A DNA stretch of 64,000 bases from Acidobacteriota bacterium (GTDB lineage Bacteria; Acidobacteriota; Vicinamibacteria; Vicinamibacterales; UBA2999). Both the position numbers and the translations under genes were made by a program. Below the pieces are notes generated by a model. That model did not search any database. It was given only the letters and a program-made list of their open reading frames with translations, and had not been told where the DNA came from. Each line of letters starts with the position of its first letter. Within the stretch, counting starts at the first letter, position 1. The stretch is taken from positions 49,172 through 113,171 of the forward strand of contig JANMDX010000017.1 of assembly GCA_031376505.1 (NCBI GenBank). Direction: 5' to 3'. This document shows, piece after piece, positions 1-6,460 of this stretch.

Positions 1-610
1 GGCCAATGGGATTCACGAGCAGGAGCGAGCAGGGCAAACGCCGGCGGCGCGCCCGGTCCAGGTCGGCGCGCAGCACGCCCTGCAGTTCGTGGCGTCCCGG
101 CAGACCCGTCAACGGGTCGGTGAGCACCGAGTACACGCAGACGATAGTCGAGGCGAGCGCGTGCGCAAAGGCCGCCACCGCGGCGGCTGGCGGCGGCGCC
201 GGCAACCGCAGGCCCACCCATCCGGCCACCGGCGAGGCCTGGCGCTGGTCTTCGGAGCGCCGTTTGTGATGGAGAAGCGCAGCCGCCGGAACGCGCGTGA
301 CGCCGCCTGCCCACAGGCTCGTGAGCAGCGGCACGGCCACCAGAAACCCCTCGCCAGACTGACTCGGAATGAGCGCATCGAGTGCTACGGGGCGCTCGTT
401 CCAGTGTCCGCGCTCAAGTACCGCCCCACTGAACTCGGCCGCCGTCTGGGGCGTCGCGAGTTCCGAGAGCGGCGCGCTGTCGCCGCTATGCACCAGCAAC
501 ACCGGTGCCTTCTGGTCCCAGGGCGTGGGCAGATAGACCGACGCCGAAGAGGCTCCGGTGTGCTTGGCCAGCAAGGCCAGTTGGGCGACGAGGCGTTGGG
601 TGCCGATCAC
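1..610 (-). CDS. GAF-like / GGDEF-type diguanylate cyclase, 5' part only (gene continues past the left edge)
   Basis: Absent from the ORF track because it runs off the edge. My minus-strand translation reads ...TQRLVAQLALLAKHTGASSASVYLPTPWDQKAPVLLVHSGD...VYSVLTDPLTGLPGRHELQGVLRADLDRARRRRLPCSLLLVNPIG. DPLTGLPxR followed by a basic helix and an LLL strand is the usual entry into a GGDEF domain, and a GAF-like segment precedes it. Third codon positions are G/C-rich. Start is GTG at 610, with an alternative in-frame GTG at 691. Confidence 0.55.
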   Translation of the reverse strand, partial: MIGTQRLVAQLALLAKHTGASSASVYLPTPWDQKAPVLLVHSGDSAPLSELATPQTAAEFSGAVLERGHWNERPVALDALIPSQSGEGFLVAVPLLTSLWAGGVTRVPAAALLHHKRRSEDQRQASPVAGWVGLRLPAPPPAAAVAAFAHALASTIVCVYSVLTDPLTGLPGRHELQGVLRADLDRARRRRLPCSLLLVNPIG

Positions 611-897
611 GAGGTTCGTAGAGTGTATCGACCGCAGCCAGCCATAATTTAATGGCTCAATCAGAAAATTTCGGTGTCGGAGGTCCGCCACTAAGCTGAT
701 ATTTCGGCGCAGTTCTAGCTGAAATCTTGACTACAGGCGACATGTGTCGGTTCATCGAGTCCAGCAGGCTCGGCGATTGGCGCGGTCGTGACTCTATAAA
801 CAACAGTGAAATAGGCACTTGTACCGTTTGACAAACCCCAGCCGCACTGCTCGGACGAAGTGGCAGGGCCCTTGCGATAAGGGAGTCGTCGCCCATC
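611..897. promoter_or_regulatory. Divergent intergenic region between the GGDEF and HD-GYP genes
   Basis: Noticeably lower GC than the flanks and no credible ORF. It contains TTGACT (about 727) and TTGACA (about 828) hexamers, but I could not pair either with a convincing -10 box. AAGGGAG lies about 14 nt before the ATG at 898. Confidence 0.3.
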
Positions 898-2868
898 ATG
901 TTCGCCACCGCCACCGCCGCGATCGCCGCCCCCGACGCCGCCACCCGTGATACCCGGGTGCTGTCGCGCTACGTGGCGGCCGTCAGCGCGCTGGGCCTGT
1001 TTGCCATTGCCCAGTCGCTGACCACGCTCACGACCGTGCCGCGCGTCACCGAGTGGCTGCTGATCTCGGCGCTGGCCGTCGCGTTCGGTCGGCTGTCGCT
1101 GCGAGTGCCGGGCGTGCCCGTGCATGCGTCGATGTCCGACACGTTCCTCTTCACGTCCGCGATGCTGTTTGGACCGGCCCCCGCCACCGTGGCCATGGCC
1201 GCCGACGGGTTCATCCTGTCGTGGCGCCGCGGCCACAGCGCCGACCGGATGCTCTTCAACGCCGCCAATCCCGCCCTGTCGTTGTGGCTGGGCGCGCAGG
1301 CATTCCTCGCCGTGATTGGCCGCTCCCCGCTGGCCGGGCAGTCGGTGTCACTCGATGGGATCGTGGGACCCCTCGCGCTGATGGCCTCGCTGCACTTCGT
1401 GCTGACCTCTGGACTCACTGCCACCGCGGCCGCGCTCGAACGCGGAGAGCACCCGTTCGAGGTGTGGCGACGGCACTTCGCCGTGCTCGGGGTGAGCCAT
1501 GCGGCCTCGGCGTCAGCCGCTCTGGCGTTGGCACTGCTCGTAGGGAAGCTCGGCGTGCTGGCACTCGCCGCGGTGGCGCCGCTCGTGGTCATCGTCTACA
1601 TCGGCTTGAAGTCGCGCTTCGGCCGCCTGGCTGATGCCGAACAGCACGTGAAGCAGGTCGACCAGCTCTACATGTCGACGATCCAGGCGCTCTCGAGCGC
1701 CATCGACGCCAAGGACGGCGTTACAAGCAGCCACATTCGCCGCGTGCAGACTTACTCGGTGGCCCTCGCCAAAGCCATGGGCGTATCGGCCACCGACGAC
1801 GTGAAGGCCATCGAAGCGGCCGCCCTGCTGCACGACACCGGCAAGCTGGCCGTGCCCGAGCACATCCTGAACAAGCCCGGCAAGCTGACCGCGGCCGAGT
1901 TCGAGGCCATGAAGCTCCACGTGGACGTGGGCGCCGACATCTTGGCCACCATCGCGTTCCCGTATCCGGTCGTGCCGATCGTGCGGGCGCACCACGAGAA
2001 CTGGGATGGCACCGGCTATCCGCGCGGCCTGAGCGGCGAAGCCATTCCGATTGGCGCGCGTATCCTGTCGGTGGTCGACTGCTACGACGCGCTCACCTCC
2101 GACCGCCCCTACCGCCCGGCCATGACGCAGGCGCAAGCCACCGACATCCTGCTCGAACGTCGCGGCTCGATGTATGACCCGGCCGTGGTCGACGGGTTCC
2201 TGGCGCTGCTGCCGTCGCTCGGCGCCGTCGTGGACATGGAGCCGAACCTGGGCCGCGCGATGCACCGGCTGGCCGCGGCGCGCGAAGCCGCGCCCGCGGT
2301 GGCCGTGGCCCCGGCCGCTCCACTGCCGTCGCGGCCGATGGCGCCACAGGCCGCCATCGAGAGCGTGTCGCGGCTGGTTGCGGGTCCGCCCCGTATCACC
2401 GACGTCGCCAGCCTGATCGCCGTGGACCTGCACGCCATGGTGCCCGCCGCCGAGTTCGTGTTCTACGTCACGTCGGCGGGCGGCGAGAAAATCGTGGCTG
2501 AGTACGCCACGCGTGCCGGCCTGCTGGCGCCCGGACACGACGCGATTCTGCTCGGCGAACGGGTCAGCGGCTGGGTCGCGGCCAATCGCCAGCAGATCAT
2601 CAACTCCGACGCGCGGCTCGACCTCGGCCCGGCCTCGGGCACGTCGTACCTCTACTGCGTGGCCACGCCGCTCATGCACGACGGGCGCATCACCGGCGTC
2701 TTGACCGCCTACGCCGATGCGGCCCTCACGGCCGAGTCCGCCCGGCGCTTGAGCGAAGTCGCGCCACAGGTGGCGCAGGTGCTGGCCGATGTGGCCCACG
2801 CGGTGCCCCTTCGTCAGGCGAAGGCGCGCCTGCACCGCCCCGACCTGCGGGTCGCGGCCAGCCGCTGA
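898..2868 (+). CDS. Membrane-anchored HD-GYP domain phosphodiesterase with C-terminal GAF-like domain
   Basis: 656-aa ORF with hydrophobic N-terminal segments. HD-GYP signatures are HDTGKLAVPEHILNKPGKLT and HHENWDGTGYPRGL. The C-terminal roughly 170 aa look GAF-like. Confidence 0.85.
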   Translation: MFATATAAIAAPDAATRDTRVLSRYVAAVSALGLFAIAQSLTTLTTVPRVTEWLLISALAVAFGRLSLRVPGVPVHASMSDTFLFTSAMLFGPAPATVAMAADGFILSWRRGHSADRMLFNAANPALSLWLGAQAFLAVIGRSPLAGQSVSLDGIVGPLALMASLHFVLTSGLTATAAALERGEHPFEVWRRHFAVLGVSHAASASAALALALLVGKLGVLALAAVAPLVVIVYIGLKSRFGRLADAEQHVKQVDQLYMSTIQALSSAIDAKDGVTSSHIRRVQTYSVALAKAMGVSATDDVKAIEAAALLHDTGKLAVPEHILNKPGKLTAAEFEAMKLHVDVGADILATIAFPYPVVPIVRAHHENWDGTGYPRGLSGEAIPIGARILSVVDCYDALTSDRPYRPAMTQAQATDILLERRGSMYDPAVVDGFLALLPSLGAVVDMEPNLGRAMHRLAAAREAAPAVAVAPAAPLPSRPMAPQAAIESVSRLVAGPPRITDVASLIAVDLHAMVPAAEFVFYVTSAGGEKIVAEYATRAGLLAPGHDAILLGERVSGWVAANRQQIINSDARLDLGPASGTSYLYCVATPLMHDGRITGVLTAYADAALTAESARRLSEVAPQVAQVLADVAHAVPLRQAKARLHRPDLRVAASR

Positions 2869-2895
2869 CGTCCCGTCGCGCTGGAGCCCCGAACA

Positions 2896-4260
2896 CTACG
2901 CCGTCGTCTGCGTCTGGCGCACGGTCGCGAGCACCGCGGGAATCGTGTCGGCCACAATCGACACGAGGCGATCGAGATCCGCGTCGGTCGTCACGAGCGG
3001 AGGGGCGATGCAGATGCAGTCCATGACCGCGCGCGTGTAGAGCCCCCGCTCGAGCATCCCGTCCATCAGCCTCTGGCTCACGCCGAGCGCCGGCGCGTGG
3101 AGCTGCCTGGTCGCCTTGTCGGCCACGACCTCGACGGCCGCCATCATTCCCAGTCCCCGCACGTGTCCCACGCCGTCCATCGACTCGAGCTCGCGGAGTG
3201 TCGCGAGCAGCCGCGCGCCGCTGACCTTGGCGCGCTCGACCAGGCCCTCGCCTTCCAGGATGTCGAGATTGGCGAGCGCCACCGCGCAGCACGTGGGGTG
3301 CCCCGAGTAGGTGAACGCGTGCATCCAGCGTTGTCCCGGCGGCACGCCGTTGATTACCGCACGAATCCGGTCCGAGACGCCGATGCCCCCGAGCGGCACG
3401 TACCCGCTCGTGATGCCCTTGGCAAACTGCATGATGTCGGGTTCGACGCCGTAGTGCTGCAGGCCAAACCACGTGCCGGTGCGGCCGAAACCGGTGATGA
3501 CATCGTCGGCAATGAGCAGCACGTCGTACTGATCGCAAATCTGGCGGATACGCGGAAAGTAGTCGGCCGGCGGGATGATCACGCCACCGGCGCCCTGCAC
3601 GGGCTCGGCGATGAACGCCGCCACCGTGTCGGGCCCTTCCTCGAGGATCGCCTCCTCGAGCTTGTTGGCAGCCGCCACGCCCAGACTCACGCTCGTGTCG
3701 GTGTGCAGGAAGCGGTAGGGATCGGGCGCCTCGATGTGGCTGAAGCCTGGCGTACGCGGTTCGAACATTGGCCAGAACGCCGGCAGTCCCGTGGCGCTCA
3801 TGGCCGCCAAGGTCAGGCCGTGATACGCCCGATGCCGCGAGATGACCTTGATCTTGTCGGGCTTCCCGAGCGCTTTCCAGTAGAAGCGCGCGGTCTTGAA
3901 CGAGCTTTCCGACGACTCGGCGCCCCCGCTCGTAAAGAAGAACGTGTTGATGGAGGGATAGACGAGGCCGCTCAGCCGCTCAGCCAGCCGGATGGCCTGC
4001 TCGTTGGTGCCGCCGGCATACGCGGAGTGGAACGCGAGCATAGCCATCTGCTTCTGCGCCGCATCCGCGAGCTCGCGCCGGCCGTGCCCGATGTTCACGT
4101 TCCACAGCCCAGCCAGGCCATCGAGGTACTCGCGTCCCGTGGAGTCGGTGATGCGCGCGCCGTCGCCCTTGACCCAGACGCGGGTGCCGGCATGGGCCGA
4201 CGGGTGATGGAGCGGGTGCATCAGATGAGCCTGGTCGGTGGCAAGCGAGGTCGTCGGCAT
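2896..4260 (-). CDS. Class III (omega) PLP-dependent aminotransferase
   Basis: 454 aa. Motifs FFTSGGAESSESSFK, FIAEPVQGAGGVI, DDVITGFGRTG and FAKGITSGY (PLP lysine) are typical of the class III aminotransferase family. Confidence 0.9.
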   Translation of the reverse strand: MPTTSLATDQAHLMHPLHHPSAHAGTRVWVKGDGARITDSTGREYLDGLAGLWNVNIGHGRRELADAAQKQMAMLAFHSAYAGGTNEQAIRLAERLSGLVYPSINTFFFTSGGAESSESSFKTARFYWKALGKPDKIKVISRHRAYHGLTLAAMSATGLPAFWPMFEPRTPGFSHIEAPDPYRFLHTDTSVSLGVAAANKLEEAILEEGPDTVAAFIAEPVQGAGGVIIPPADYFPRIRQICDQYDVLLIADDVITGFGRTGTWFGLQHYGVEPDIMQFAKGITSGYVPLGGIGVSDRIRAVINGVPPGQRWMHAFTYSGHPTCCAVALANLDILEGEGLVERAKVSGARLLATLRELESMDGVGHVRGLGMMAAVEVVADKATRQLHAPALGVSQRLMDGMLERGLYTRAVMDCICIAPPLVTTDADLDRLVSIVADTIPAVLATVRQTQTTA

Positions 4261-4293
4261 GGGGGCTACTCCGTGGGCCCGATCCTACCGTCA

Positions 4294-5460
4294 TCACGAA
4301 GGCGCGGACAACCCCGGACGGGCCGTCAGCCGGAATAGCACGTTGCCGAATCGTCCAGGCGCGTCGCTACGGCACGGCACGGCCTCGAAGCCGAGGCGGC
4401 TGAACACGGCGAGCCACTCATCGCTGCGCCGGTAGCACAGAGGTTGCCGCCACGAGCCGGTGACCACCGCCTTGAGGCGATTGCCCGCCCGCACCATCAG
4501 GAAGCGCCGTCCGGCCGAAGCATCGGCCTCGCGTACGAGAATGACGCCGCCGGGCGCGAGCTGGCGCCGGGCATGGCCGAGCACGGATTCCTGATCGGCC
4601 GGCGGCATCATCTGCAGCACGTCGAGGAACAGCATCGCGCCGCAGGGCGGATACGCGAACGTGCGGGCATCGCCCTCGACGATCAGGGCGGCGCCAGCGG
4701 TGGCTTCTCTGGCCAGGTAGGCCATCCGCGGCCTGGACTCCACGCCAATGAGCTGGCTGAACACCGGCGGCGCCGGCAGGTCAACGGGCCAGGTACCGGC
4801 GCGGTCGCGGCGCGCGGCCTCGATGAGCAGGGTCAGCATCAACCCCTGGCCGCACCCCACGTCCACCAGCACGCCGCCCGACGGCAGCACGCCGCCAAGC
4901 AGTACGTGCCGATACGCCGGATCGCTCCGGAGCTTGGCGCGCGCGAACTCCCAGCCCGTGATGCTCGAGGCGAGGTAATGATCCGCGGCCACGAGGACCA
5001 CGTCGTCGAAAGGCCCTGGCCGCCGGCCGCCGCGCAGAGCTGCGTGGGTGAGAGCGGCGGCCGTGCCCCCCAGCACGACGCCAACTACCGCGGCGCCGAC
5101 CAGCAGGTCAAGGCCGAACGACCATGGGTCGGCTCCCCGGAGTGACTGCACCGTGAGCGCGTGGAGGTGCCCGCGCCTTAGCAGCGCGCCGACCTGCACC
5201 TCCGCCAGCACCAGCAGAGGGAGCACGAACGGATTCGAGATGTTGGCGGCGAGGTAGACGGTGAGCCGGCTGACCCCGAACATCAGCGCGATGACGTACG
5301 ACAGCGGCAAGTGGAATCCGTAAAATGGCGTGCAGCCAATGAACACGCCGACGCCGACCGCGACCGAGTGCCGTCCGGGCGTGTTGCCTTCGGTGCGCAG
5401 CTGGTAGAGGAATTGGCGCAGCCGGGACAACCCGGGCTTCGGAAGAGTGGATTTCAGCAT
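4294..5460 (-). CDS. DUF2062-like membrane domain fused to a class I SAM-dependent methyltransferase
   Basis: 388 aa. The N terminus (HSVAVGVGVFIGCTPFYGFHLPL plus further TM segments) matches the DUF2062 pattern. The C-terminal half has SAM motif I, VLVDVGCGQGLM, and a post-I acidic residue. Confidence 0.7.
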   Translation of the reverse strand: MLKSTLPKPGLSRLRQFLYQLRTEGNTPGRHSVAVGVGVFIGCTPFYGFHLPLSYVIALMFGVSRLTVYLAANISNPFVLPLLVLAEVQVGALLRRGHLHALTVQSLRGADPWSFGLDLLVGAAVVGVVLGGTAAALTHAALRGGRRPGPFDDVVLVAADHYLASSITGWEFARAKLRSDPAYRHVLLGGVLPSGGVLVDVGCGQGLMLTLLIEAARRDRAGTWPVDLPAPPVFSQLIGVESRPRMAYLAREATAGAALIVEGDARTFAYPPCGAMLFLDVLQMMPPADQESVLGHARRQLAPGGVILVREADASAGRRFLMVRAGNRLKAVVTGSWRQPLCYRRSDEWLAVFSRLGFEAVPCRSDAPGRFGNVLFRLTARPGLSAPS

Positions 5461-5533
5461 CGCGCCCTGGGTTATCGACTCGCTTTCGCTTGCGGTAGAA
5501 TCTCACAGCGACGGCCGAGTGACCAAGACGAGC
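5461..5533. promoter_or_regulatory. Divergent intergenic region with a candidate -10 box TAGAAT (5496-5501) for the chorismatase operon
   Basis: TAGAAT sits 32 nt upstream of the ATG at 5534. The -35 region is weak (TTATCG-like). If real, this promoter argues for the 5534 start over the GTG at 5447 used by the ORF track. Confidence 0.3.
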
Positions 5534-6427
5534 ATGAGTGGGTTCACCGCAGAAGACATTTGTGACCTCCCGCACGATTCACTGCCGCTTCCCGGCTGGG
5601 TGCGTGACTTTGCCGTTCGGCCCTCCGTCCTGGTGAGCGCGCACTTCGACGCCTCCCTGACGATGACGACGGCGGCGTTCGAAGCTGGCGTCGCTGACGC
5701 CTACCGCTCGGTGTTCCGCCAGCTCGAGGCAGACCCGTCGGTGCGGCCCGTGCGGTTCTGGGCCTTCATCCCCAGCATTCACCTTGACCTCGGCGGCGGC
5801 ATCGATCGCTACAAGGCGTTCAACACCGCTCGGTACGGCGCGTTCGCGGCGCACTTCGGCCAGGCGACGTTCTTGGCCGGGTCGATTCCTACGGCCTCGG
5901 CGGTCGGTGTCGACGGCCAGCGCTTCCAGTTGCACTGCCTGGCCACGACCGAACCCGGAGTGCCGGTGGAGAACCCGCGGCAGGTGCCGGCCTACCAGTA
6001 CTCACGCAGGTTCGGCCCCCTGCCGCCCTGCTTCGCGCGCGCCACGCTGCTCGCCGGCGACAGCGACCGCCCGGTGCTGCTGGTAGGCGGCACGGCCAGC
6101 ATCGTCGGCGAGGACTCGGCGCACGACGAAGACTTCTCGCGTCAGGCGCAGGAGACTTTGATGAACCTCGCCAGCCTGGTCGCGTCGGCCGAAGGGCGTC
6201 CGCTTCCGGTCAGCGGCGCCGACCTGCGGCCCATGCTGGCCAAGTATGACGAGATCCGCATCTACTGTCCGCGCCCGGAAGTCCGAGGCGAGATCGTCAA
6301 TCTCGTCTGCACAAACTTTTCGGCCGCCCGCCGCGTCGAGATGGTACGCGCGTCGCTCTGTCGAGCCGAGCTGCTCATCGAGATTGAGGGCCTGGCACGT
6401 CCGACCCGCGTCCACACCCGCGCGTAG
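5534..6427 (+). CDS. FkbO/Hyg5/XanB2-family chorismatase (hydroxybenzoate-forming)
   Basis: Family-typical blocks are VRFWAFIPSIHLDLGGGIDRYKAFNTARYGAFAAHFG and the C-terminal YjgF/RidA-like block LLVGGTASIVGEDSAHDEDFSRQAQETLMNLASLV. The ORF-track start (GTG 5447) would abut the divergent gene, so I prefer ATG 5534. Confidence 0.75.
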   Translation: MSGFTAEDICDLPHDSLPLPGWVRDFAVRPSVLVSAHFDASLTMTTAAFEAGVADAYRSVFRQLEADPSVRPVRFWAFIPSIHLDLGGGIDRYKAFNTARYGAFAAHFGQATFLAGSIPTASAVGVDGQRFQLHCLATTEPGVPVENPRQVPAYQYSRRFGPLPPCFARATLLAGDSDRPVLLVGGTASIVGEDSAHDEDFSRQAQETLMNLASLVASAEGRPLPVSGADLRPMLAKYDEIRIYCPRPEVRGEIVNLVCTNFSAARRVEMVRASLCRAELLIEIEGLARPTRVHTRA

Positions 6428-6460
6428 CGCTGCCGGCACCGCGAGACAAGGACGGAGACG

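Noticed and set aside
611-897. c-di-GMP riboswitch or other leader RNA upstream of the HD-GYP gene
   Set aside because: I could not recognise the conserved GEMM-type motifs or a convincing stem-loop set by eye. A covariance-model scan (Rfam/Infernal) would be needed to settle this.
1513-2835. 440-aa minus-strand ORF antisense to the HD-GYP gene. Similar antisense ORFs occur at 6857..8584, 16493..17728, 30619..31830, 33746..35080, 44516..46057, 52812..54476 and 61962..63677.
   Set aside because: In every case the opposite-strand or alternative frame carries clear catalytic motifs, while these translations are Arg/His/Gly-rich without motifs.
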